The notes: generated from the letters alone by a model not told the origin. Counted from the first letter of the stretch, positions 41,082-51,758 are shown. The stretch: 64,000 bases of DNA from Candidatus Latescibacterota bacterium (GCA_965197905.1 CBDAOB010000003.1:320001-384000); one strand, 5' to 3'. Program-made: numbers and translations.

Positions 41082-41598
41082 CGAAATTTGGCTCGTCGGG
41101 GTCAAATTTTCGACTTGTAGGTAAAGCAAGTCGCAGCTCAGTGTGCCTATAGCCCGTAACCTCTGGCGATCGCGATTTCACGATTTCCATTCCGTGCTTC
41201 CGATATAGGTTGATTGCCGGGTCGTTACCAAGTCGGGCGAGTGTCCATGCGTCCGGGCCGAGGGCATTCATGGCCTCGGTCATCATTCGGTTGCCAATGC
41301 CACGCCGGTGATATTCCGGATCGACGTAAAGCCAGGACAAGTAGCCGCTGCCGCGCCACTCACCGCGATCCCGCCAGGCGACGAATCCGACGATCCGACC
41401 ATCAACGCATGCAACCAAGGTAGAATTAAGATTCAAAAACTTGTCTATGTCCTCTTCGTCCGGCAATGGTCGAAAGGTATTGGGCTCGTCATCACTCAAA
41501 AGAAGTTCCTGAATTGCGGCCAGTCTATAGACTTCACAGACCGCTCCCCAATCTTCAGGTTCAATTGCGCGAATATTGACATCGGTTCGCGTCATCAT
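41050..41598 (-). CDS. GNAT family acetyltransferase
   Basis: LSWLYVDPEYHRRGIG..N.PAINLYRKHG. Confidence 0.85.
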   Translation of the reverse strand: MMTRTDVNIRAIEPEDWGAVCEVYRLAAIQELLLSDDEPNTFRPLPDEEDIDKFLNLNSTLVACVDGRIVGFVAWRDRGEWRGSGYLSWLYVDPEYHRRGIGNRMMTEAMNALGPDAWTLARLGNDPAINLYRKHGMEIVKSRSPEVTGYRHTELRLALPTSRKFDPDEPNFGACRYWTTFT

Positions 41599-41617
41599 GA
41601 TTTAGAATTATTCTGCT

Positions 41618-41675
41618 GAAAGCTACAGCTCAGCCGCGGTGCTTGTCACCGTCGGCTGCAGTGCCTGGTGGCCGT
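41618..41675. repeat. degenerate canonical-type attC read through by the upstream ORF
   Basis: Minus strand GGCACTGCAGCCGACGG..CCGCGGCTGAGCT, a typical L-box pattern. Confidence 0.55.
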
Positions 41676-42144
41676 TTATTCCTTTGTCCAGGTCCACTCT
41701 GTACCGGCATGTCGGCCCGAATTCTCCTGGCTCCCGTTCGGTTTCGATAGTGTCGACATATGTCGCCTCGATCAACTCACAGGTCCTCCTGGATGCGTCG
41801 TTATCGGAACGGCAAGTGATCAACAGCGAGTCCAGTCCATGGCTAAGAGCAAGGGGGAACAGGAGGCGGCAACTGCGGGCAGCATATCTGTTCCCACGGT
41901 ATTCCTCCTGAACATCGTAGCTCAGGTTGCCTCCATACTGTTCGAGTCTTTCCGTGCACCGGGTCCTGAGGCAGATGCTGCCGATCGTCGCGCCGCTGCC
42001 AATAAGCCGCATCTCGAAACGGTACTCGGGCACCCGTCCCTTCTCAGAATCGAGCGGAAGCGTCTCGGTCAGGACAAGCTCAAGATCTCCGTCGACCAAG
42101 TGTCCTGGATCGTGGAATTCGCATTCGGAATTCTTTCGGGTCAT
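41623..42144 (-). CDS. GNAT family acetyltransferase
   Basis: GGNLSYDVQEEYRGNRYA..LITC..DN.ASRRTCE. Confidence 0.85.
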   Translation of the reverse strand: MTRKNSECEFHDPGHLVDGDLELVLTETLPLDSEKGRVPEYRFEMRLIGSGATIGSICLRTRCTERLEQYGGNLSYDVQEEYRGNRYAARSCRLLFPLALSHGLDSLLITCRSDNDASRRTCELIEATYVDTIETEREPGEFGPTCRYRVDLDKGINGHQALQPTVTSTAAEL

Positions 42145-42158
42145 CCGGTATTCTCTGC

Positions 42159-42330
42159 GGCCAACTTGTGATTGAACAGCGAATATGCAGTATGTCTCCA
42201 GAATATCGGGAGATACACTGCAAGCCCGACTTTACTTTTCCCATTTCATCTGACGTTTCCGCCGTGCCCGAACCGCGAACGCGGTTGCGCGAAGGGCGCA
42301 TGCCCGAAGCCCGGTACGGACGTGTAAAGC
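42159..42330. repeat. two tandem attC-like sites (B then A)
   Basis: GGCCAAC..GCAGTATGTCTCC / GGAGATACACTGC, then GTGCCCGAACCGCGAACGCGG..GTAAAGC. Confidence 0.65.
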
Positions 42331-42334
42331 GTTG

Positions 42335-42947
42335 GTGCAGCCTTGGGGAGATCCTATCAATGTTTCACCGTGGCTTGATCGCAATTGTGATCATCTGCTC
42401 ACTACTTCGATGAAAAGGCTCACCGGAGATTGATCCGTATATGTTCTCAACTCTCAGCCCAACTTGCTCAACGAGTCTCTTCATTTCGCGAGGTGTATAC
42501 CATTTCTAAGAGGATCGGTTTCGTGGATCATCGATACCGTTCAGGATCCTCCGTAAGTGCATCCTACCCGAGCGATGGTCCCACCTGGACTTGAACAAGA
42601 TCTCACCAATCTCGTGCTGCTTTCGAAGGTTTCGGAGAATCCGCTCGCGATTCAACTGATCGACGAGAAGCCGTCCGCCAGGGCGCAGTCCTCTGGCATA
42701 GCGATCCATCAAGTCGAGATTTTGTTGGTCGGCTGTCGACGAAGGTTCTTCGAATATCCATTCCTACGACATCGATGCCGCTACGGGCGAGTGGTAGCGA
42801 AACGCGACCCGCTCCGCAAGGAGCATATAGTGCGCGCTGATTCGTGCGAAGTCGTAGTGCGCGCTTTACGAATGCAGCCTCCTTCTCCCCGCCTTTGTCG
42901 GGTCGAAGCCACATCCTGTCGTCCATTGTTTCAAACCACTCAGGCAT
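42335..42947 (-). pseudogene. SAM methyltransferase, internally deleted
   Basis: APCGAGR..GMDI; LRPGGRLLVD. Confidence 0.7.
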
Positions 42948-42986
42948 ATACGAGCCTCGAATCTCGAGGGATTGAGCAGCACTTAC

Positions 42987-43076
42987 GCTTAACGTTTCTC
43001 CGGTTACCGAACTCGCGAAGCGAGTTGTCGGAGACCAAGGCAGCGTAGCTGACCCGGCGGCAATCGGTTGTTACCG
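42987..43076. repeat. attC-like site, family A
   Basis: GCTTAAC..AACTCGCGAAGCGAGTT..GTTACCG. Confidence 0.7.
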
Positions 43077-43481
43077 GATGTGAGATTTCGATTACCCAAA
43101 TACGCCGAGCTTGTCGAGGCCTTGCCCCCAAAGGGGCCAAGGCGTGTCAGCGCCGCAGCGCAAACTGTGTTCTTATGGGATTTGCCACCTAATGAATCCG
43201 CCAATCCGACCAGGCGACTTCGTCTGGCACATTTGGGCAATTCACAAATAAACCCAAAATCTTCCACTCGCCCTCAATCTTACCGATAATCCAGGTGCTC
43301 TTTCGCTTGACCCAGGTTACGGGCCCTCGTCTTCCTGTTTCCTCGGTGACGATATTCTGCAAGCCCGTACCGCTTCCAAGCTTTCGGAAGGTCACGTGAT
43401 TGTCATAGGGAAACAAAGCCCAGCCGAAGTACAGGGCCGTTCCCAAGAGCAGCCATATTTGCATGCGCCTGACTGACGTTC

Positions 43482-44963
43482 TCATTGGAAGACCATTACC
43501 CCGTACCGGCCCGGGCGCCTAAGAAGCCCATAGGTGGGAGCCCACAACAGGCTCTCTCCCCCGTGAGCGACACGCACCCTGCCAACGTTCAACCCCCAGA
43601 TATCGCCTTCTTTGACTTCGTAATCGAGCAGGCTCTCGAAACTGATCTCCATCTCCGCGATCCAGTAATTGGGTTTGATCTGAACGCCAAGCCGCATGTC
43701 AGGGTCCCAGCTATAGTCTATGGAAGCCTCCTTCGACAGGTCCGCCCCGATATGTCGGTCCATCGTGGCGCCGATACTATTGATATAGATCTGGTAGTAC
43801 ACCCGCTGATCGAAGTTGGTATCGAGGAACAGCGCCACACTGTCGTCATCCCGCCAGATAGCGCCATCCCGCTTGGTGTATTTGGCGGCAAGCGTACTGG
43901 TATCTTCTTCGTATCCCTTCACGGCAAAGCAAAAGGTGTTGTCGGTGTAACCGATCCAGGCTTCGGTGCGTCCCGAACTGGGTACTGGGCGCATGAGATG
44001 AGCAAGACGGTAGAAACTGTCGACCCTTGCAGCCTGAGCCCAAACGGGGTCGTCCAACAGACCATCGATCTTCGGACTCTCTTTGAAGCGCGGCGCGCGC
44101 ACTAGCATCCCGTGTGCCGATAGAATATCGAGCCCCCGCTCGGTCTTCCCGTTCTGCAGGTAGAACTTGCCCAATCTCATGAGCGCGTTCTTGCTGCGAG
44201 GGCTGTATGCTGCGGCCCGCAGGTAGTGTTCCTCGGCGCCGGCAAGATCAGCCTTCAACGCAAGCTTATCGCCTTCTTGAGCAACCTGCGCAACTAGCTT
44301 CTCGAGTAGTTCCTGAGCCTGCTGACGAAGGCTGTCCGAACCCGCCCGTTCGTACGCGGCGCGGGTCCTCTCGAGCAGCAATTCTCTCTCATCGGCCGAC
44401 AGTTCGTTGCCGCCCGAGATTCTGAAAGCTCCGGTATTTCCCAGATAGTCCTCGCGCCACTTTCCAAGCATCTCCACCGACACGAAAATCTGCAGTAGCA
44501 CCTCCTCTTGCTCCTCCACCTTCAATCGTTGCAGCAGTGGATGAATCAGCTCGGAGCGTTCCCAGTGTCCGAAGGACCGCGCCACGGCGGCCCGTACCTT
44601 GGCCGCCGGATCATCGATCAATTCCTGGAACAGTTCCATTATGCGGGGATCGCTGTCGCGCAGGAACAGTTTGCGGCCAACCTCCACCAGGGCAACCCGA
44701 CCACTCGTCGGATGGGTCGCGTTCTCCAGCGCCGGAACCAATGCCGGAACCACGTCCGCCTTCGAAAGCACCAGATCCATGGCCGCTTCCCGATGATCGC
44801 CGCCCGATGTCACGACCTCCTCCACCAGACTTTCGGAGCGGTCACCGCATGCCAAAAGCGTCAACGTGGTTCCTATAGTCACGAGCACCGGAAGATAGGG
44901 CATCAGTGGATCCGTGATCGCAGAAAGGCAAAGTACCCCAGCATGAAGAACACCACGTTCCAC
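43482..44963 (-). CDS. lipoprotein with HEAT/TPR repeats and a C-terminal CBM9-like domain
   Basis: LLAC lipobox; PKIDGLLDDPVW..DDSVALFLD..WGLNVGR; true start probably ~44903. Confidence 0.75.
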   Translation of the reverse strand: MERGVLHAGVLCLSAITDPLMPYLPVLVTIGTTLTLLACGDRSESLVEEVVTSGGDHREAAMDLVLSKADVVPALVPALENATHPTSGRVALVEVGRKLFLRDSDPRIMELFQELIDDPAAKVRAAVARSFGHWERSELIHPLLQRLKVEEQEEVLLQIFVSVEMLGKWREDYLGNTGAFRISGGNELSADERELLLERTRAAYERAGSDSLRQQAQELLEKLVAQVAQEGDKLALKADLAGAEEHYLRAAAYSPRSKNALMRLGKFYLQNGKTERGLDILSAHGMLVRAPRFKESPKIDGLLDDPVWAQAARVDSFYRLAHLMRPVPSSGRTEAWIGYTDNTFCFAVKGYEEDTSTLAAKYTKRDGAIWRDDDSVALFLDTNFDQRVYYQIYINSIGATMDRHIGADLSKEASIDYSWDPDMRLGVQIKPNYWIAEMEISFESLLDYEVKEGDIWGLNVGRVRVAHGGESLLWAPTYGLLRRPGRYGVMVFQ

Positions 44964-46324
44964 AGAACTAACAGCAGAAGATCTGGATACACCAGATTCA
45001 GTCGCTCTTTGAAACTCATGAACTTGAAATCGAACCGTGGGTAGTCAGTCATGTCGATGTTGTCGAACCGGGCCATATCTTCTGCCGTAAAGCGCATAGT
45101 TCCCGATTTTGACTGCTCGAGCATGAATGCGTCGTACTCCGTCCTTTTCTCCGCGATGAATTTCTGCCACGTGCTTCCATGGCTCTCAAGGGCTTCGACG
45201 AACCGGCTTTCCTGCGCTACCCCGGCAGCCGCCAGATCAAACGCCGCCAGGTTGAATGCGGTCACCGGCGAGAGCCGTGCGAAAACGCCAGACCAACGCG
45301 CTCGGTCCTCGAACCGAACCCGGTAGTCTTCCTCGACCCGTGCCGTCTGCTCTTCATACGTTTGCCACATCGAACGGGATTTCTCCTGGAACTGTTCATC
45401 GCCCCAGAAGTTGGCAATTCCGGTACGTTCCTTCTCTTCTTTCGCAAGCTCTTGCATGGCCTGCTGACCTTCGCGCTGAATCTCCTGCTTTTCACGATTC
45501 ACGCTGACACGCGAGGGAACATCGATCAGATGCCGCACTAGGTAGGGTGCCGTGTTGGGAACCGCCAGCACGAACCCTACCCAGAGGAGAAGCAGCGTCG
45601 TTATCGCAGTTGTGGGGCTCTGGGACATGGAAGAGACGAAGATGCCAACGGAAAACAGGGCGCCGATGAAGAGCAATGCGGCAACCAGAATGGCGAAAAC
45701 GGACAGGGAGGTTTCAAGAGAAGGAACCACCCGGGGCGAGAGAGTGGCTATCAACAAGGCTGCCAATACTGCCAACACGAAGGGCGCGATGAGAGCGACG
45801 TACCCGCCGATCCATTTGGCCAGAATCAGCTTATCCCGTGGAACGCTGTACGACATGACCAGCTTTAGCAGCCCGCTTTCCCGCTCGCCAGCGACACAAT
45901 CGTAGCTGAAAGCGAACGCCAGCAGGCTCATGATCACTCCGACGATGAAAACCAGATCCAGGCGAGGAAAGAGCAGAACGACGGGATTTTGCTCGGACCG
46001 TTCGGGAAAATCGATGCTGTGTCCTCGCGTGAATCGCACCGTTTCCGTGAGCTCGGGCGTGATACCGCGCACCAGCACATTCATCACGTTTGCGGGGCGA
46101 TCCAGCGCAATGCCTTTCCACAGATCTTGAATTTTAGTTCGGGCAACGATTTCGCCGTGATGACGAGCCACGTTGACGTTGTATTCAGAGGCCGCCTCGC
46201 TGAAATCGCGCGACGCCACCCCTGAGCTCAACAACAACACGACGAGGCAGAGAATGCTGGCGATAGCAAAACGCAAGGACAGCAGGTGATCGAGAAGCTC
46301 TCGACGAACCAGATGCAGCAGCAT
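44903..46324 (-). CDS. ABC transporter permease
   Basis: YDCVAGERESGLLKL..RDKLILAKW. Confidence 0.85.
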   Translation of the reverse strand: MLLHLVRRELLDHLLSLRFAIASILCLVVLLLSSGVASRDFSEAASEYNVNVARHHGEIVARTKIQDLWKGIALDRPANVMNVLVRGITPELTETVRFTRGHSIDFPERSEQNPVVLLFPRLDLVFIVGVIMSLLAFAFSYDCVAGERESGLLKLVMSYSVPRDKLILAKWIGGYVALIAPFVLAVLAALLIATLSPRVVPSLETSLSVFAILVAALLFIGALFSVGIFVSSMSQSPTTAITTLLLLWVGFVLAVPNTAPYLVRHLIDVPSRVSVNREKQEIQREGQQAMQELAKEEKERTGIANFWGDEQFQEKSRSMWQTYEEQTARVEEDYRVRFEDRARWSGVFARLSPVTAFNLAAFDLAAAGVAQESRFVEALESHGSTWQKFIAEKRTEYDAFMLEQSKSGTMRFTAEDMARFDNIDMTDYPRFDFKFMSFKERLNLVYPDLLLLVLWNVVFFMLGYFAFLRSRIH

Positions 46325-46421
46325 AGATTATGCCCGCCGGGCTGGCACCAAAGAGCGGTGCTGTAGCGATAACCCGGATCGACCGACCGCTCGGATCTTG
46401 GATCGTACCGGAAGCCAGTTG

Positions 46422-47816
46422 CTAGGTGATGTCATAGCGTAGAAAGAAGAGATAGGATCCCATAAAAAAGACCACGTTGAACACGACCAGAAGTAAGCCG
46501 TCGAACATGACCGCGTTCAGGCTGTTGTTCAGACTCTCCCGAAAGAGTTCGAACCTGGGAAGATCACCAGGATTAAACCAGTCCGGATTCGTCGCCACAA
46601 CACCTCCTTGACTCCAGTCGAAATTGTCGCGGTTGTACAACACGTTTCGCCGATAGTCTTCCATGCCTTTTTGAAAACGGTCCCGAGCGATGTTGAACTG
46701 CTCGGATAGTAACAAGCCCGTGCCGGCAAGACGCGTGACCGCAAACAGATAGCTGGAAGCGGGCGATATGCGAGCAAGATTCTGGCTGAGCGAAACCTGT
46801 CCAGCCATCTTCCGTTGGTAGAACTCTTCCACGACCCGTTGATTGCGCTCACCCTCCGCTTTGATCTTCTCTATCCCTTCGTCGTTGAGATAGATCCGGC
46901 TTCGCCAGTGCCGGCGCTCGAGTAATCGCTGTTCCTGTTGCAGCGCCCGTTTTTCCGCCTCAACGACAAGACGGTCGGGCACCACCACCACCAGACGGGC
47001 GACTACGGGTGCCAGGTTCGGGATTACCAGAACCCAACCGATCCAGATCAGTAGTGCCACCAGCAATGCGGTGGCGCTTCGGTGTGTAAGGGTCGAGATC
47101 AACAATCCCAATGTGAAGAAGGTGGAGATGTAGAGAAGGGAGAGCGCTATGATCGTGAGGAAACGAGTCGAGTCCTCCGATGTGAGTTGCACGGCACCGT
47201 CGATTCTTACGTATACGAAGCCGGCGAATGCGGCCACAACGAACGGCAGAGCTGTCGTCACATAACCTCCAATCCACTTCCCCAGAAGAACGGTATCCCT
47301 GGGCACCGAGTTGGAGAGCAGCAGTTTGAGCGTCCCACGCTCTTTCTCGCCGCAGACCGAGTCGAAAACGAAGAGCAATGCGAGCAGGCTAAGCACGACA
47401 TGAACTACGAAGGCAAAATCAGGCGTCTGAATCAGTTCAAACAGCAGCTGACGGCTGTCGCGCTCCTCACTGGTGGACACGAACTGATGTCCGGTGCTCA
47501 CGTGGATGGGAAGCTTGCCATCCAGTCCTGTGGCAAGAATACTCAGGGCCATTGGCCGTCGCGTTCCGTTTACCCCTCCTTGGAGTGCCTGAAATTGATG
47601 ATTGGCATCTTCCATCCGGGTGAAACCCTCGACGCGCTCCTCTTCCTTGCGGATTTCCGTCGCCGCCACCTGCCGGCGCTCCAGAAAATCGCTGGTCATG
47701 AGGTACATCGCCATGAGAATCAGGCCGCACAGCATCATATACGCTGCAACGAACCTGAAACTCAGAATGTTGTTGACGATTTCTTTCCGAATGATGTGGA
47801 GGAGGGTCATACGCAC
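46422..47816 (-). CDS. ABC transporter permease (paralog of the downstream gene)
   Basis: FDSVCGEKERGTLKL..LLGKW; C-terminal FLRYDI. Confidence 0.85.
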   Translation of the reverse strand: MRMTLLHIIRKEIVNNILSFRFVAAYMMLCGLILMAMYLMTSDFLERRQVAATEIRKEEERVEGFTRMEDANHQFQALQGGVNGTRRPMALSILATGLDGKLPIHVSTGHQFVSTSEERDSRQLLFELIQTPDFAFVVHVVLSLLALLFVFDSVCGEKERGTLKLLLSNSVPRDTVLLGKWIGGYVTTALPFVVAAFAGFVYVRIDGAVQLTSEDSTRFLTIIALSLLYISTFFTLGLLISTLTHRSATALLVALLIWIGWVLVIPNLAPVVARLVVVVPDRLVVEAEKRALQQEQRLLERRHWRSRIYLNDEGIEKIKAEGERNQRVVEEFYQRKMAGQVSLSQNLARISPASSYLFAVTRLAGTGLLLSEQFNIARDRFQKGMEDYRRNVLYNRDNFDWSQGGVVATNPDWFNPGDLPRFELFRESLNNSLNAVMFDGLLLVVFNVVFFMGSYLFFLRYDIT

Positions 47817-47967
47817 GGAGGGAGGCTCAGGCAGACCAAAGGCGCGTTGATTGAGAGAAGAGTGTTCCGTAGGGATCCGCCTGCCTGCGTGGACCGCTCT
47901 TGAAAGTTTATGAAAATGCTGCTAACGATCAGACGGATCCTCATGGGACAATCTTCTTGGTCACGAT

Positions 47968-48774
47968 CTAAACCGCTTGCTCCTGCCGGCGCGCCTCATG
48001 CACCATGGCGACCAATGCTGCGCGGGTCTGTTCGCTGTTGCGCACCTCATTCTCAAATGGGATGCGCACACTCTTCATACCCTCCCCGGTGGTCAACCGC
48101 AGCTGGAATCCGAGTCGGTCGATGGAAGTCATCCTGGCTTCACTCGCTTCGACGCCGGCAAAGACCTGAGCCAGCAGCAGACCGGCGTCGGCGTGATCGG
48201 TGTTCATGTGCTCCAGAATGGACGGCCCCTGGTTGGCCAGTGGATCGACCTCGGCAGCAGAGTAATCGGCCGCCGAAACCCAGCCCATGGCGCCGAAACC
48301 CCCGACGAAATAGAGGTCCTCGATCACCATCCGATAGAATGCGAAATCGTCGAAGTCGACCCAGTAACTGGCGTTTTCATAGCGCGCCAGATAACGCTCC
48401 CGGATCGAGTCCAGCTGCGCCTCGGGCACCCTGGTGGCTCGGCCCATCAAGGTCACTCGGCCAGCGCCCAGGGGGTCACCTTCGGTCTCCGTCTGGGTGA
48501 CCAGCAGACTGGTCCGCGGCTCGTCGGTCAAGTTCTGAGTGTGCATGGCCATTGTGCTGATCAGAAAGCAGGGGCTGCCTTCCTCATCCAGCCCATAGGG
48601 CATCACCGAGCCGAAGGGCCAGCCGGGATGCTTACGCGAGATAGTAGACAGGCTGCCGACACGGCCCAGATGGACGAGGGTGCGAGCCCGCTCAGCATGG
48701 CTGGGCTCGGGCAGGGGCTGCTGCTCTTGTTCCACTCTATTTCCGCCATGCTGGCGGGGCGGCTTGCTGGCCAT
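47968..48774 (-). CDS. HugZ-family pyridoxamine 5'-phosphate oxidase-like protein with DUF2470
   Basis: PFGS..HTQNL..RVTLMG..VGGFG..HMNTDH. Confidence 0.85.
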   Translation of the reverse strand: MASKPPRQHGGNRVEQEQQPLPEPSHAERARTLVHLGRVGSLSTISRKHPGWPFGSVMPYGLDEEGSPCFLISTMAMHTQNLTDEPRTSLLVTQTETEGDPLGAGRVTLMGRATRVPEAQLDSIRERYLARYENASYWVDFDDFAFYRMVIEDLYFVGGFGAMGWVSAADYSAAEVDPLANQGPSILEHMNTDHADAGLLLAQVFAGVEASEARMTSIDRLGFQLRLTTGEGMKSVRIPFENEVRNSEQTRAALVAMVHEARRQEQAV

Positions 48775-49244
48775 CTATGGAGCACCGGTGAGGGCGAGCA
48801 CGCAGTCTTCCTCAGTGGTCTGGTGTAGGAGATCCGCAATCCTGGCAACACTCGCGCTCAGCAGGTCGTCAAACAGCCGATATGTAGCCATGGTGCCTCC
48901 TTTGGTTGGTGTCCATTATCGGGTTGAAGATGAGGCAAATTCTGCTACGATTGCAAGGAAGAACGCCTCCGTAATCATTTCATCGCAGCGATCATCTTGT
49001 AGTGGAAGATAAACAGTTGGTGGCTCATAGGGCCGGAGGCGGGCGCCACATGTTACCTGAAGTTAGCACGGCCACATTCACGGCGAAGCCCTTCAGGAAG
49101 AGTATAGCGCACACCATTACCAAAGATCTTATTTTGATTTTGTTGCGGTTAGGAGATACGTGCCGGGAAGCGACTTTGTTTCTTCGAGGTTATCACCGAA
49201 TCGCCAACGAGCCCCGCTGGAATATTCAGAAAGATGGTCAATGC

Positions 49245-49585
49245 TCAGACCCGATGACACCAGAGCTGTGATGACGTCGCCCAGCGGCCAGATGAATTGA
49301 TACTTGGTTTCCTGCGCGTTCTTCCCGCCTTCGAAGTGCCTCCAACCTGATCCGATGTGGGCGTTCTCCGGCTGAAATAATCACGTTCTATCGTCAATCC
49401 GTCATCGCGTAAGATAAGACATCCTGCAATGGGGTGTTCCTCCAGCAGCAGCAGCCTTCCGCCATCACGTAAGGCGGACGAAACGCTACTTGCCCAAGCC
49501 TCGACATCTGGAATCCACATCAAGGAGCCACCGCCAGTATGCACCAAGTCGAATCCACCTGCCGTGAGTTCAAATCTTTCAAGCT
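49245..49585 (-). pseudogene. SAM methyltransferase fragment
   Basis: FDLVHTGGGSLMWIPD..LRDGGRLLLLEEHP. Confidence 0.65.
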
Positions 49586-49616
49586 CTCGGTTCGAGAAGA
49601 CGGTGGTTCTGGTCGC

Positions 49617-50438
49617 TCAGTCTAAGATGGGGCCACCCGCAATCAGATCATCGCACCTTCCACAAGGGATCTTAGCGCAATGGGTCACATAGGGATCCTG
49701 GGTGATGGCCTGTGTTGTGGCTTCCAGTACGCCTGAAGCTGGATAGACCTTCCAGTCGCTCTTTCCAACCATTCCAGCCCTTACCAGTGGTGACAATGCC
49801 GATTCGAAGTTAAGGAACCCATCAGAACACCCTCCAGCCTCCACTGCCACCGGCTGGCCATCAGGGCCATTTGCCCATCTCCTGTATAGGACCCGCCCAG
49901 CCTTCTTCTCCGCCAGATGTATCAGAGTCATTTTCGTCAGATCGACTCCCGCAAGAACCACACTGCCGCCTTCTTCAGCTAAGGCGTCCAAAGGAGCGTA
50001 GACGTCATTCGCCTGCTGTCCTTTCAACAACTGATCAGACAATGGTCCTACCGCAGCAAAGGAACAGATCGGATGGTTTCCCCTTACGCTTCCCGGCCAT
50101 CTCATAACGGCAACAGAGATGGTTCCCATATCCTGATCTATCTCCGAACTCGTTTCGGGATCGAAAACACTGTTCACGTCTGTTCGAGTTCGAGACAGGT
50201 ACTCGTAATCGGCGGCATTTCGACGAAACTACAAATGTGCTGGGGGAGAAACGGCGTACCCCCAGCTGAATGCTGGCACAAGCAATGTGCACTCCTCAGA
50301 AAGAAACGCTTCGACAACTGTCGGCGCCCGCCCCTCAACCCTACCGAATGACCGCAGTGATGAATGCAGGCATACAGGTTTGAGTTCAAGTCGTAGCTCG
50401 CGAATCGCGAATCGGAGCTCATCAGAGGTGACCATCAC
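49617..50438 (-). pseudogene. AAC(3)-family N-acetyltransferase, frameshifted
   Basis: LHSSLRSFG..TLLVPAF; MG....HP..SF..TLIHLAE. Confidence 0.8.
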
Positions 50439-50654
50439 GCGTTCCGTCTAGAGGTGTCATGGTCGTCCGCCTCTCGTCGCTCTAATGGTCAAATCCTATC
50501 TATCGTGTGTAAACTACGCGTAAACCGTTCACAGACCAGAGGCATCGTCTTGTCCACCGACCGGGATCGGCAATTGGTTCTGTAACTTGAAGGATGAGAA
50601 CTCAAATGGTGTCCGACCCCACAACCACACTACCATCTTCTTCGAATCGAGAAC

Positions 50655-50787
50655 TTGAAAATCCCGTTTCCGGGCTTGAGCGCCCCAGGCGTCCATCCGT
50701 GTCTCTCAGGCCGCGCACGAGCCCGTCGGCGACATGTGTCTTTCCCACGCAGGTATCGGTGCCCAGAATCACGAGGCCGGAGCTCAT
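50655..50787 (-). pseudogene. bioD: dethiobiotin synthase N-terminal fragment
   Basis: ILGTDTCVGKTHVA followed by ALKP in a shifted frame. Confidence 0.6.
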
Positions 50788-51758
50788 GCGCAGACCTCGA
50801 GGAGCGTGGCACTCGCGTTGAGTCCCGCTCCAACGGAGGCGAGGAGGAGTCTGTCGCCGAACTCGAAGGAGTTTCGCTCTTCATCCAACAGGATTGGAAT
50901 GCTGGCGGCCGACGTGTTGCCGTAGCGGTCGAGATGATTGCTCACACGCTCCGCCGGAATGGTGAGTCGTTCCGCGATCATCTCGATGATCCGCGCGTTT
51001 GCCTGGTGCGGCAGGAAATGGTCGATGGTGGGATTGTCGGCCAGCAGTTCCGTCGCCACCTCGCACAACAGGTCCACGGCGCGTCGAAACGGTACCGGCC
51101 CCTTCTCGAAGCGCATGAGATGGGCCCCGGCCTCCAGAAGCGCGTGGTCCAACGGAGTCCGCGATCCACCGGCGGGAATCCAGACGGCGTCGCGATAAGC
51201 ACCGTCGCTTCGGCTCCGGTGAGCACCGAGGCGAAAGCGACCCTTTGACGATCCCGAAACGACCACTGCGCCCGCGCCATCGCCGAAGAGTGCCGCGGTG
51301 GATGGATCGTTCCAGGCCACGCGACGCGAGAGGATATTGGACGCCGCGACCAGAACGGGCGCTCCGCCTGTTAGGCACAATGCGCGCGCCTGCTCGAGCG
51401 CCAGCAGGAAGCCACAGCAGGCACCGGCAAGATCGAATGCGGGGGCATTGCTGCCGAGTCTATGCGCCAGTTCGAACGCGCTGGGGGGCAGCAGGTGATC
51501 GGGGGTACTCGTCGCGAGAATCACATGTCCAAGCTCCGCGGCATTCGTGCCCGCGTCTTCGAGCGCGGCGATGGACGCCCGCAACGCGAGGTCTACGCAT
51601 GCCTCGCCCTCCGCGGCCAGGCGCCTTGCCATGACTCCGGTGCGCCGCTCGATCCAGCCGGCCTCGAGTCGAAGCCGCTCCTCGAGTTCGCTGCTGAGAA
51701 GCTCTTTGGCGGGGAGAGCGCATCCCGTGCCGAGTATGTGAACGCTGGATTCAGGCAT
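50784..51758 (-). CDS. beta-ketoacyl-ACP synthase III family protein (FabH/BioZ-like)
   Basis: WIERRTG, AGACCGF, LFGDGAGA, PHQAN, GNTSAASIP. Confidence 0.85.
   Translation of the reverse strand: MPESSVHILGTGCALPAKELLSSELEERLRLEAGWIERRTGVMARRLAAEGEACVDLALRASIAALEDAGTNAAELGHVILATSTPDHLLPPSAFELAHRLGSNAPAFDLAGACCGFLLALEQARALCLTGGAPVLVAASNILSRRVAWNDPSTAALFGDGAGAVVVSGSSKGRFRLGAHRSRSDGAYRDAVWIPAGGSRTPLDHALLEAGAHLMRFEKGPVPFRRAVDLLCEVATELLADNPTIDHFLPHQANARIIEMIAERLTIPAERVSNHLDRYGNTSAASIPILLDEERNSFEFGDRLLLASVGAGLNASATLLEVCA

Larger units (their letters stand above)
17594..43180 (-). mobile_element. integron-like gene cassette array without integrase (CALIN-like)
   Basis: Co-oriented unrelated ORFs separated by RYYYAAC...GTTRRRY-bounded imperfect palindromes. 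Confidence 0.8.

Noticed and set aside
17871..43180. Intergenic repeats as a CRISPR array or simple REP elements
   Set aside because: Spacing is gene-sized and irregular, and the repeats have attC-type core boxes tied to gene ends.
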